A stretch of DNA of 64,000 nt from Okamejei kenojei (lineage: Eukaryota). Below, one piece after another: positions 51,479-64,000 of this stretch. A program made the translations under genes and the position numbers. Each line of letters opens with the position of its first letter. The stretch's first letter is position 1. The notes beneath the pieces were generated by a model. The model worked only from the letters and a program-made list of their open reading frames with translations, was not told the DNA's origin and searched no databases. Where the stretch lies: contig CM069138.1 of NCBI GenBank assembly GCA_035221665.1, forward strand, positions 22,320,001-22,384,000. The letters are read 5' to 3'.

Positions 51479-51603
51479 GGGGTGGGAGATTGCAACCTTC
51501 TCGTAGTCCACCCTGTTTCGATTAATGCAATCAACCCGACGTGCACAAACAAATAGATGAAGTGTTTTGTTAGGCTGTGCATGGTGTACGCAAGAAGAAG
51601 AAG
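51479..51603 (+). mobile_element. Same ribozyme-headed retroposon, copy 2 (ribozyme degenerate)
   Basis: GGGGTGGGAGATTGCAACCTTCTCGTAGTCCACCCTGTTTCGATTAATGCAATC...TACGCAAGAAGAAGAAG. TSD agtcattct (51469-51477) / agtctttct (51602-51610). The catalytic C position reads T and P3 has a mismatch. Confidence 0.82.
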
Positions 51604-52689
51604 TCTTTCTTTAGCATGCAATATGGAATTATTTTGATTAGGGCTATAGATGTGTATCGCACAGGAATGGGCTCTTGTGATACTTAAAACCAGAACAATG
51701 TTACTGAGTTCAGTGATCCTGCAATATTTATATCCCGTGCATACAGGTTAAGATAGGTTTGCTCGTGCTGCTCAAGAGAGTTTAAACTAGTAAGGGTAAA
51801 CAAAAATGCTGGAGAAACTACGTAGATGCTGCCTCACCCGCTGAGTTTCTCCAGTATTTTTGTCTACCTTCGATTTTCCAGCATCTGCAGTTCCTTCTTA
51901 AATTAATGAGACATGGGTTTGGGACCCAGAATGACAGCAGACTCATATGCTGAAAATGGAACAGGCAAGCCTAGTGAAAGCATTGGCAGAGATGGGAGGG
52001 GGAGCATGAGAGGACCGGTAGGTTAACTGCATTTACTTTAAAGCAAGAAGCACAGCAAGTGAGAGGGATGTTGAGAGTGTAGATCAGCACACAAGATTAT
52101 GAGGGGAAGCGTGGATGAGGGAAGAGCTGTAATCTATAATTAGTTTATTATTAAGTAAGTGGGGCATTTGGAATATATCAGGACAGGATGGAGTCAAAAG
52201 GTTTTTGTAAAGGAAATCGTATTCCACAAATCAGCTAATGTTTTGAGATTGTAGTTAGCAGCACAGATAAGGGAAAACTAGCTGATGTGCATTTGGACTT
52301 TCAGAAAGCATTTGACAAGCTACAAAGATGGTGCTGATATAAAAAAACACTCACACATACCTGTCTTTCCACTTGCTATTCATTACACACCCCTAGCCCC
52401 TCTGGGTTCCTATATCTGCCACATCACCTCCACCTTCCGTTTCCGATCTGCCTCACCATCACCCTCGGGTTCTACATTTTATTCACACCTTATTTTCTTA
52501 TCAGATTTCATTATTTGTAATCTTTTGTCTTCTTTGCTTATCACCTCCAGTCTTTGTTAATATCTTTCCCTATCCCTCCTGCACCTCATTCATCTGACAA
52601 TCAACCCTTCTGAGTCTACCTGTCACTTGCAAGCTCTTGCCCCACCCCTGCTCCCTCACCTCTTTCCACCAGCTCTCTCCTACTCCATC

Positions 52690-52770
52690 AGTCTGAAGAG
52701 GTCTTGACCCGAAACACTGTCTGTCCATTTACCTTCCCAGATGTTGGCTGACCTGCTGAGTTCCTCTGGA
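52690..52770 (+). mobile_element. Penelope-like-derived repeat with minimal hammerhead-like core (related copies at ~24543, 34190, 45860-45947 (-), 47375-47425 (-), 51800)
   Basis: CTGAAGA-ggtcttgacc-CGAAAC followed by a gatg(c/t)tg.ctgacc.gctgagtt.ctc motif; copies are degenerate. Confidence 0.5.
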
Positions 52771-52945
52771 ACTAATATCTAGCACTAAAACGTTAATCAC
52801 TTTATTCCCTTTATCGTGTATCTGTAAACTGTGGATGGCTCAATTGTAATTATGTACTGTCTTTCCGCTGACTGGTTAGCCCACAAAAGCATTTTACTGT
52901 ACTTTGGTACACGTGACAATAAATTAAACTCACTCATAATCTCAA

Positions 52946-55900
52946 ACCTCCGGTGGCGCCATGTTATCTTAACAGACGCTGCACATAGCTCCACTCCTTA
53001 ACATTCGCGATTTTTCGCATTAAAATCAGATCTACAGGTCGGGACCAATTTAAAAAAACTTATCGGAGTCTCTGCTCGACTTGCTGATAACATCATCAGT
53101 AACAGCTGCTAATTTAACCGAGGCTTAAAACACGTTAAAAATGAAAAATTCTTCCCTGGATAAGAGCACTCAGAGGACAGTTACAAAACTCTCCTGGGGA
53201 AGCCAGCCAAAGTCTACAGATTTATTTTTGAAGTGGCTTCCGAAGAAAAGGTGCTTTTCGATATGGCTACAAGACTCAAAGCAGACTTGGCCAAGGACAA
53301 AGAATTTGAAGAATTAAAGCTTTCGGTAAGTGAATTGAAAGATGTAAAGGTGAATGGAAAAAAGATGGAACAAATGTTGGGAGTGATGATGGAAAAGATA
53401 GAAAAGCTGACGCTAAATACGACTTCTTGTAATCAGAATGTTATTGAGTCTGTGAAGGATTCAATTAGCACTATTAATAAACAAATTGACAATGTGAGAG
53501 ATGAACTATCGGAGAGAATTGAGAAGGGTGAAGAAGACACCACGAAGATGTTTGGCGCTGTGCTGGACACTGTATCAACCTGTATGTTAACAATGCATGA
53601 GATGGAGGATGAGATGGCAAGAATGGTGGAGGAGATGAAGAAGGTGAGGTCAGAACAAGACCTTGCTGCATGACGGATAGCGACTCAGCTGGCTAAAGTT
53701 TCAGACAAATGTCTGGACCTCTAGGATCGTTCGAGTCGTCATAACCTAAGATTAGTTGGCGTACCAGAGGGAGCCGAGAGAGATAACACTTGCGAGTTAA
53801 TTGTGGGATTAATTAAAGAGGCTCTTAAGCTCCTTAACCTACCAAAAATTGAAGCAGCACACCGGGTTCCTAGATTCAAACACAAATCTCAGGATGGCTC
53901 AGAACGTACACGACAGATTATTGTGAAATTCCGGGACATTGCTGACGTGGAAGAGGTTATGAGGAATTTCAAATATGGTGTGCCTCTGGTGTAACTACTT
54001 TTAAAATCTTCAGAGACTACCCTTATGAAATCATGCAAAAACGAAATCAATTCTCTAAGGCAAAGCAGGCTCTCCAAGGATATAAGGAGGTCAGATATGG
54101 TGTTTACTACCCAGCTAGAATGCGCATTTCCTACAAAGAACAGCAAAAATCGTTCACATATCCCGAGGAGGCGTACAAATATGCTCTAACCATCGTGGAA
54201 CAGAAGGAGTAGCTGGAAAGGTTGGACATTTTGGACACTTTCTCTCTTTACTATTCCACCCAGAATGGTGGCACACTGCCCAAAGAAGGAACTTTGTTTA
54301 GACGTCTTATCGGCAGAATGCTAACTCAAGGACACACTCTGTTCCAAGAGAAGCTGGAAAAAGATAATCAACGAAAGCAGAGCTCATCAACAGACTGGGT
54401 TTAGCTATTACTGTTGTATATGAGATTGAATGAATAACCTAAATGATATAGCATTAACTTCCTTAACAATATTAACTTAGAATATTAACATAGAAACAGT
54501 AATGAATGCTAATCAGAAATGCAGAAATGGGGATTTTCAAATTAACACTTTAATTTAACCTAATAATTCTTAAGCAGAAATAGGTTAACCCCTTCAACTA
54601 ATAGCCGATGATCTTTGAGGTTAAAATATACACTTAACACTCAGTAGACAAAAATTATAGTTATATCCGGAAATACCTAGGAAATGGACAAATATTCTGT
54701 AAATGGGTACTATACATTTGATTTTTTTAAACTGTTCCCGTTCCAATATGTTATGATTAATTGAGGGAATGGAGTAATTTGTTTGTTTTATATCGACACG
54801 GAAGTCAATAAAATGTTTTTTCCAACCTACAGGTGGGTCACTTGTTACAGTGCCGACAAGCTCGGACACTGTATTCTCACTTGTATTAGTTTTTTTTAAT
54901 CATTTTCACATTTAATCACATGTGTGTTTTTGTATTCAAGGACTATCGCAAAGGGAATCTACTAACCGAACATTGTAGGGTAAATGATCCCCCTATATAC
55001 AAAGACCTGAGGTGCGAATGCACCGCAGGACACATAGGTATTAAATCTATTCAAAATGCAAGACGATAACCAAAATAAACTGGGAGGAATCTCATTTTGT
55101 TGTTGTACATTAGGGATGTTAACGAACGCATTAAAAGGGGTAAGATTCTAGCTCAGCTGAAAGCATACAACACAGATATTGCCTTTTTTACAAGAGACTC
55201 ATCTTAAACTTCAAGACCAAGCTAGATTGAGGGCGAACTGGATAGGACAAACTTTTCACTCGTCATATACGTCGAAATCTAGAGGAACGTCTATTATTAT
55301 TCGCAAAGGCACTCCATTTAAACCCAAAAATACCTTAACAGATAAGGACGGGAGATATTTGATCGTTACCGGGGAGATCCATGCTGCCCCAATTACCTTG
55401 GTAAATATATATGTGCCCAACTTTGACAACCCGCACTTTTTCAATAAAATCTTGAATATAATTGCAGAATATAAATACCAAAATGTCATAATCGGCAGAG
55501 ACTTTTACTGTGTCTTAGACACTTACTTAGATAAATCCAATCAAAAACAAAGAGGTATTACGAAATCCAAAACTAGTGAACTTCTAAACACATACATAAA
55601 AAACACAAACATAACAGATGTCTGGAGGATTGCAAATCCGACCGGCAGGGATCACTCGTTCTATTCTATGGTACACAAGACATATTCACAAATAGATTAT
55701 TTTTTGGTGGATACAAAACTAATACCCCACACTTCTAAACCAAAATACCACACAAATACGATCTCAGATCACTCCCCAATAACCTTTTTTCTAAAAATGG
55801 AAGGAATGACTAAGAACAAACCGTTTTGGAGGTACAATCCACAAATTTTAAAAGACCCGCAAGGGAGTACATATTTAAAAGAGCAAATGGACCTTTTCTT

Positions 55901-58536
55901 CGAAATAAACGAAGACAGATATATCGCCTACATTATTATGGGAATCTTTTAAGCATTTATTCGAGGCATGATAATTTCATATCAAACTTTTCAAAATAAG
56001 AAAAATAAGGACGAACAAAGACAAAAACAAATTAGACAACTGGACATAGAAAACGCTAAAGACCCCACTATGGATAAACATAATAGAATAATAATACTGA
56101 AATTCAAATTAGATAAATTATTATCAGAGAAAGTCATAAGATTATTACAAATTACAAGACAGGAACACTTTGAATTTGGGGATAAGCCATACAAATTTCT
56201 GGCACGTCAGTTAAAAAAATGAGGATCACACAATTTTAAAGATTAAATCAGACAAAGGGGAAATATTGACCTTGCCGAGTGATATTAATAAAAGATTTGC
56301 ACAATTTTACGAGAATCTGTATACATCTAAAACGATAATGGACACCAACAAAGTTACAGAGTTCTTGGATAATTGTAACCTTCCTAAATTAGAGTTGCAG
56401 GAACAAGAGGAATTGGGAGCACAAATCTCAAATAAGGAAATAGAAGAAACAATAATCTCATTAAAAAATGGAAAAACACCAGGTCCCGACGGATTTAGTA
56501 ACAAATTCTATAAAAGTTTTTATGACATATTTAACCCCCGCCTACAGAAAATGTATACTTATGCTTTAAAAGCACAAATACTACCTGAAACACTAGCAGA
56601 ATCCACGATCACACTAATACCTAAGAAAGATAAAGATGTGGAAGAACCTGGATCATACAGAGCTATTGCATTGTTAAATACAGATCAAAAAATATTAGCG
56701 AAAATACTAGCTAGAAGACTAAGTAAATATGCTAGTAAATTAATACATCCAGATCAAACGGGGTTTATCCCTAAGAGACAATCACTTAATAATTTGAGAC
56801 GTATGCTCAATATAATGCATTCACACCAAACTGAAGATCAAAAACTCTCAATCATATCATTGGATGCAGAGAAAGATTTCGATCAGGTCAAATGGGATTA
56901 TATGCTCAGGGTATTGCAAGAATTTCAACTGGGAGAGAATTTTATTCTATGGATTAAATTACTATATAATAAGCCAATGGGCAGAATATTAACAGACAAT
57001 AATTTATCTACGAAATTTCATTTGTCAAGGGGAAATAGACAATGATGTTCATTATCACCGTTGTTATTTGCCCTCATAATTGAACTCCTAGCGGAAAGAA
57101 TCAGAACACATCCGAATATCCATGGATATAAAACGAAATATTCCAATAATAAAATATCACTATACGCTGACGACGTACTATTGTACATCACAAAACCTCA
57201 TATTACAAACCAAATATTTAAAAATTAATAGAGGACTTCGGATCGCTCTCAGGATATAGAATAAATTGGAATAAAAGTGAAATCATGTCAATAAAACCGA
57301 AAGACTCTACGCATCTTTTACAGTTTCCTTTCAAAATAGCTACAGAAAAATTTAAATACTTGGACATCGAAATTACTAGAAGATATAAAGATATGTTTGA
57401 CGAAAATTATAACCCTCTACTTAAGAAACTATGTAACTTGATTAAATTTTGGAAAACGCTTCCGATGTCCTTAATAGGCCAAATAAATGTCATTAAAATG
57501 ATTTTTCTACCACAAATTTTATACCTGTTGCAATCTATCCCAATATATTTACCCGAAAAGTTAAAAAAAAAACTGGACTAAGATATCACAAATTTTATTT
57601 GGGATTATAAATCCCACAGAATACAAAGAGCTCATCTGAATAAACCCAAAGTAGTAGGGGGTTAGCACTCCCCAACTTTATGTATTACTACTGGTCTGTA
57701 AATATCAGAAACATGATCCAATTGCTGGATAACTCTCCCCAACAACCGGATTGGACGATTATGGAGAGAGAGGATTGCTCTCCTTATAATATTGGAGCAA
57801 TCCTTCTCTCCCCAATATCGATGAATAATATAAATTACAACAATAATCCAATTATAATCAGCACAATCAGAATTTGGAAACAAATAAAACACAATCTAAA
57901 ATTAAGAAATTTATCCCTCTTATCTCCTATCGGTAAAAACCCCTCATTTAAATCTTCAACTATAGATAAAGCATTTATACAATGGGAAAGAGCTGGAATT
58001 AAAATCTTTGGAGATGTGTATGAATCAGGAAAACTATTATCATTTAAACAGATACAACTAAAATACAATTTGGGAAACAATCAGTATTTTAAATATTTCC
58101 AAATCTGTGACTATCTGAAAAAATACGCACAAGATTATTACAATATGCCTCCAGACTTACTGGAAGAAGTAATGAATACAAAGGCAGAATCAGCAAACCT
58201 AATATCATATATATATAATATTATTCTAAATGCAGAAATACCAACAACACACGGTATCAGGTGAGACTGGGAAACAGAATTAAGTATAAAAAGTCTATCT
58301 CTTAATTCCCGTTTCTAACTCTTCAAGGGTTTCCTTTCCCTCTGTCACGCTTTTGCAATTTCACATCTCTTTTTCACTTTTCTACTTTCTATGCTGTTAT
58401 TTTTCTCTCTATTCTCTCTTTCCTAAAGCCTTTAAATAAAACAAAATTAAGGGGTACAATGACTGTAATACAATACAAGGGATGTACACTGATGTAACAC
58501 AGTAACGCTAATAAATAAAGATATAAAAACAAATTA
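52946..58536 (+). mobile_element. L1-clade LINE copy 3, full-length 5' end, disabled ORFs, deletion in the ORF2 3' part
   Basis: 5' cctccggtggcgccatg; ORF1 ~53141-54213 (coiled coil, SRHNLRLVGVPEG, IEAAHR); ORF2 ~55055-58290; TSD ataatctcaa (52936-52945 / 58537-58546). Confidence 0.92.
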
Positions 58537-58764
58537 ATAATCTCAAGCTTGGCTTTTTCCTAAGAATTTGATAATATTTCTTCTCACATATACTTATACA
58601 TCTTTTGGATTTTATGAGCTAATCTATTCCTTTTAACAAATAATATGAAGTTATCCTCTTTCTTTCCTTACTCTGATTTGTTTCAGGAGGGTTATGGGCT
58701 GAAAGCAGGCAGATGTGACTAATGTAGCTGGGACATGTTGGCCGGTGTGGGGAAGTTGGGCAGA

Positions 58765-59636
58765 AGAGACGAGGAGGTACAGAGAGGTGGTCACTCCAAA
58801 ACCACAGGAGGCAGATAAATGGGTCACGGTTAGGAGGGGCCAAGGGCAGAGACAGGGACTAGAGAGTACCCTGGTGGCTCCTGGTTGAGTACTGTTGCGG
58901 GGAACAGCCTACCTTGGGGTAGCAACAGTGACCGGGCCTCCGGTGCAGAGACTGGCCCTGTTGCTCAGAAGGGTAAGGAAAAGAAGAGGAGGGCAATAGT
59001 AATAGGGGACTCTATAGTTAGGGGGTCAGATGGGCGATTCTGTGGATGCAGTCTGGAGACTCGGATGGTAGTTTGCCTCCCTGGTGCCAGGGTCTGGGAT
59101 GTGTCTGAACGTGTCCAAGATATCCTGAAAAGGGAAGGAGAGGAGCCTGAGGTCGTGGTGCATATTGGTAGCAATGACATAGGTAGAAAAAGAGAAGAGG
59201 TCCTGAAAGGAGAATTTAGGGAGTTAGAAGAGAGTTAAGGAAAAGGATCGCAAAGGTAACAATCTCGGGATTACTGCCTGTGCCATGCGACAGTGAGAGT
59301 AGGAATGGAGCGAGGTGGAGGATAAATGCGTGGCAGAAGGACTGGTGCAGAGGGCAGGGATTCAAGTTTCTGGATCATTGGAACCTCTTTTGGGGAAGGA
59401 GTGACCTGTATAAAAAGGACTGGTTGCACTTGAACCTGAGGGGAACCAGTATCCTGGCGGTGAAATTCGCAAAGGCTACTGGGGAGACTTTAAACTAGAA
59501 CGGTTGGGTGGAGGGACTCAAATAGAGAAAGCTAGTAGACAGGAGGCAGAGAAGCACTCAGACCCAACATGTAGGGGGGAAAGAAGAAAAAAATAATAAA
59601 CAGAGAATAAGAGGTGCTGGGTTTCTTAAATGTGTG
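58765..59636 (+). mobile_element. CR1 ORF1 (esterase) fragment, same family as 35591-39480
   Basis: VIGDSIVRG...CLPGARV...VVVHIGSND. Confidence 0.88.
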
Positions 59637-59660
59637 AGCAGAGAGAAAGAGGGGTATAAA

Positions 59661-62600
59661 ATAGTAAGATTAAACGAGAACTCACCTGTTCGAAGTTTGA
59701 TCGTTATTTTACGAGGAGTTACGATGAGGGATTACGTGAAGAAGAGCCCGCCTCACGCTGGGTAACGGCATACTTCAAAGCAACGGCATGAAAAACACAG
59801 AACACCAAAGCCGGAGTAACATAGTAAGGCTCATAAAAAGACTTAGAACCACCATTTGATCATTTATTTTACGAGGGTGGGAGTGGAGGGCACGTAATCC
59901 CTCATCGTAACTCCTCGTAAAATAACGATCAAACTTCGAACAGGTGAGTTCTCGTTTAATCTTACTATTTTACTTCGGAGTCACGTGAGTGACTACGTGA
60001 AGAGTTTTAAAGCTTTCTGTGTTTTTTATGTCGTAGAATTAATCCGTACGACAGTCCGGCTAAGTAAACACATACATGAGAAAACACACAAATGTTAGAT
60101 CTTTTCATAATTAAGTTTTTTAATGGCTGAAAAACCATATAATACCCTCCTTATATTTGAGGGAAAAATGATTACAAGTGACAAAAGATATCAGTGACTA
60201 CACAACTGATTATAGCAATTAATAGCAAACAAAGCAGGTGATTATAGTGCTCCCAACACCGCGTGTCCAAAGCTTGTCATAGTGTGAACAGGTTTGTTGT
60301 AGAACTTTGAAAAGTTTCTTCTTTACTCCACCCTGCGATTTTTTAAAAATATGCTCGAGAGGTACGTCCCGCCCCTTCGCCGCGGACGTAGCTGCCGCCC
60401 TGGTGGAGTGAGATTTGAAGACATCAGTGTCTACTCCCGCTAAAAACCAACACCTGTTTCAACCATTTTGAGATAGTTTGAACTGAAGCTTTTGTGTGTG
60501 GCTTTTTGTGCGTAAGCAGCAATGTCTTTTCGTTTCCTCGAAAAGTGTCCGTCACTTTAATACATTGATTCAAATGTCTAACCACACACAAAGCAAGCTC
60601 AATATGAAAAGCTTGAAAGGTTACCTTTGTTCCAGATCTCCCTGGTCTACTTTGTTTGATCAGATCGTAAACATAGAATACAACGTTATCTGTAGTCACA
60701 TGCATACAGTCTAAACGCAACATTTGTAAAGTTTGCACTCTTTGGGCTGAGACCAGTGACATTAACATGACCAATTTCAATGTTAACCTATCCAATGACA
60801 ACCCTTCAATTGGCGTCCATTCTCTAAGTAGAGCAAGTACTATGCTCACATCCCAAATCTCTGTATATCTAGGTTTTGGCGGATTCATGTGAAAAATTCC
60901 TTTCAGAATCGTGATATTAATGGATGCGACCCAATTGATTTTCTCACCAGTCATAAGTCCTAAATAGGACGACAAGGCACTGCGTGCAGTGTTAATGGCA
61001 CTGTAACTTAAATGTTGGCCAAAGCGCAAATTGGCAAGGAATTCCAAAACATGAGTAACATTCACATAATCATCAGAAATATTTTGACTGTGTGCAAAAT
61101 TCTTCCCATTTCTTAATATGTGTCATATATTGTTTCTGTGTGCTATCTCGCCATGATGCGCCAATAACTGTCAAGTTTGGTCCGACAATCCCAGTTCCTG
61201 TAGTGGTCTGGTTCAAAACCTGCAGATTAACAAATTCATTATATGCATATAATAGGTAATCTTCATTTGTTACTGGATTAGTCAAGATATCACTACAGTT
61301 AAGAATCTGCATATACGGTTCTTTAATCATATTCAGCATAACTGGGAAACCAAGGTTGAGTTGGCCAATTTGGCACTACCAACAATCCGGAAGCTGAATC
61401 TTGCTCTATTTTTCTTCAAGCATCTCTGGATCAGAGCAAATGGTGGAAAAGCATAAAAGAACATTTTTCCCCAGTGTAATAAAAATGCATCTACTGCAAC
61501 TGCGTCCGGATCGTGTTCCCAAGACACATAATGAGGCAAGTGATGATTAAGCCTGGATGCAAACAAATCAATTTCTGGCAACCAAATCGTCGAACAATAT
61601 TCTTAAATATTGCTGGCTTAAATATCCATTCCGTATTATCTTTAAAAATCCTGGACCTTTCATCTGCTACCACATTGTCTTTACCTGGAGTATAGCTTAC
61701 TGCAATCCATATCTGCCGACCAATACACCATTGCCATATCTCATTGACCAGACAATCACATGATACTGATCCAACTCTCCCATGTGATTAATGTAAACCA
61801 CAGCTGTTTTATTGTGTAATTGTATTAACACATGCAGACCTTGTTTAGCACAACAATATGCTTTAAGCCCATAAAAGGCCCCCAATAACTCCAAATAGTT
61901 AATACCATACTCTTGGAGAAACACTTGTTCTTCAGTTTTCCATCTACCTCCACAACTGGAGGATAAATCTGTGGCCCCCCATCCGAGAGCACTAGCATCT
62001 GTATGTAAAACCATTTCAGGCTGTTTTAATCATAATATTTATTAGCAGCTTGTGGGACATTTTCCTTTTTTAACCCACCATTGTAAATTCCAATACAGCT
62101 TCTTTTGTTAATTACATAGGCCTGTCAAATGGCCTGCCTTCTCTTTGAGAGCTTGTATCTTGTACCTTCGAAGATATCAATAAATGTAATGAACCAAATT
62201 CTACTGCAGGAAAATGCTGCTAGCAGTTCACCAATGGTTGTCACCATTTCTCGGATGGAAGGATAAGGTTTTGAATGAGATAATGACAAGTTACCAAAAT
62301 ATCATCGACTTTAACTGTTGGTAAAGGTATTAACATAGTCACTGAGTTAATTACAAACCCCAAAGTAAATTGTTTGTGCTGGCTGCAGCTGGGGCTTAAT
62401 AGATGAATTAAGAACCTTAGCTTACCACAAAGCTTTAGTAACTGAAACTGAGTCCTCAGCTGACTCCTGATAATCACTAATGACCAGAATGTCATTGAGA
62501 TAAGCCATAATGATGTGCATTTTGTGCTCTAATTGGGCTAAATGGTTTCAACAGTTTCGTAAAGAGTAAAAAGCTGAACTCAGTCCATTTGGCAAAGCTT

Positions 62601-64000
62601 AACTGCCATTAATTGTCACAACCAATTAAAATTTAAGTACTACCGAAACCTGATGCATAGGTACAGAATAATAGGCGTCTTTTCATCAATCTTAGCCATA
62701 TAACAACCTGCTGAATTAAATATTTTGCAGTATTCAATGACTCCATTTGAACATGTTTGTATTCTACAAACTTATTTTGACCTGTAAGGTCCAGAATACT
62801 TCTGCAACCATCATCTGTAATGCCTTCTAACATTAAAGACAAATTTATGCTTGTGTTCAAAATCTTTTCCATTACCTCTTTTCCAGATAATTAGGCAATG
62901 TGAACATAAATCTCTGCTTTTTCAATTGCAGGAAAACACGAAACATAAGCAGGTTTATTCTGTACAGGAGGATTAACCTCTTTTTTTTTAAAAGTAATAG
63001 TAGTTAATGAAACTGCTCGTAATATACTGATCAAAAATAATAGTAAGCCAGTCTTAATAAACTTTTTGTAATCTCCCTCTAACTGGAGATTAATCCGCAG
63101 TTTCTTTAAGCAGGGAACAAGTCTTTAATTCCTCTGCATATGAGCGTGGTGGTCTCCTTATCCCCTGAATTCGGGTAAGTATTTGGTTGTGCAATACAAT
63201 AAAACTTCCTTGACATATTTCTGCCTCTATTTCCAATATCAAATCCCCTTCTGGGCGAAAAATACCTTTTCGTCCAAAGACGAAGGTTTCATGCAGCTAA
63301 AATATTTAGCTTTTCATCCAATTTCAATAAGTTAGGCAGATTATTCCAAACAGATAACCAAGAGCTTAAACACCACTTGCTCGACACAGGTATGCAACCT
63401 TGGGTGAAAAATGGGCCAAATAGCCATTTATATTATATAAAATTTCATAGAAAGAATTGCACAATAGCGTCTTTATTTTTATGTTTTCCTTTCATCTGCC
63501 CAAAAGCCATAATAGCAGCAGAATAATTTGTGAGGATTTTTAAACCTCACTATTTGACGCTCTCATATTTGGAGTCATGGATGCCCATATTAACGGATAA
63601 ACCGTAGGCTCTTCCAATGAGGCACAATTTCCTGTGCTGTGCAATTTTAATATTTCAATCATCACAAAATCATGAAGTTGGTGAGATACCATATATATAT
63701 GTTGGCAGCTAGGATTTCTTCCATAGCCTCACCACTTCCTTCATATATAGCAAAACCTTTTGCTATTCCAGGCATCTTTGGCCTCTTTTCATATTTTTTC
63801 ATTTTATTTTTATTTTTATTTTGTGGTGTGCTTTCAAAATGCAAATCACCATCAACAGGGTCTGCCTTCTGCAGCCCTAAATCAATTGGGATTTCATCCC
63901 ATGAGACTTCTTCCGGCCCAAATCCTGGGTCCGGAGTTCCAACTTCCATTAGGCCCATGGCCATATTCAGAATAATTAAACCCCTCAGGGCTAATTTTAG
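59661..64000 (-). mobile_element. DIRS1-like element copy 4 (decayed ORFs, runs off the window end)
   Basis: Right terminus and ICR at 59661-60003; YR 60240-61219; MT DLFAS/YAFPPF; RNaseH TDAS; gag remnant 63662-63964. Confidence 0.9.

Noticed and set aside
51372-64000. Leader (signal peptide) exon of the receptor
   Set aside because: No convincing hydrophobic phase-1 exon found; probably outside the window or missed.

Overview
Eukaryotic, repeat-dense genomic DNA, most likely from a cartilaginous fish (skate/ray/shark). This is inferred from V-SINE/HE1-like SINEs, esterase-ORF1 CR1 LINEs, fish-type L1s and DIRS1-like elements. Most of the window is nested transposable elements: three long L1 copies plus one nested L1, four DIRS1-like tyrosine-recombinase retrotransposons, several CR1 and Rex/Babar fragments, a Helitron-like head-to-tail array and a hAT-like MITE. 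One host gene can be reconstructed on the minus strand from five phase-compatible exons (51371->32566). It is a non-rearranging Ig-superfamily receptor with a germline-joined VJ-type domain, an uncharged TM and a tail with an ITIM (VLYADI) plus an ITSM (TEYAAI); the leader exon was not found. The most striking non-obvious element is a ~140-bp retroposon present twice. Its first 54 nt fold by hand into a complete minimal HDV/CPEB3-like self-cleaving ribozyme whose predicted cleavage site coincides with the insertion boundary. The intact copy lies in sense orientation in the last intron of the receptor, upstream of the ITIM/ITSM exon. Also noted: a candidate spliced subgenomic mRNA for the DIRS recombinase, a 467-bp non-coding element with DIRS/Crypton-like end architecture, and a ~510-bp target-site duplication. 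All calls are by eye; no database searches were run.
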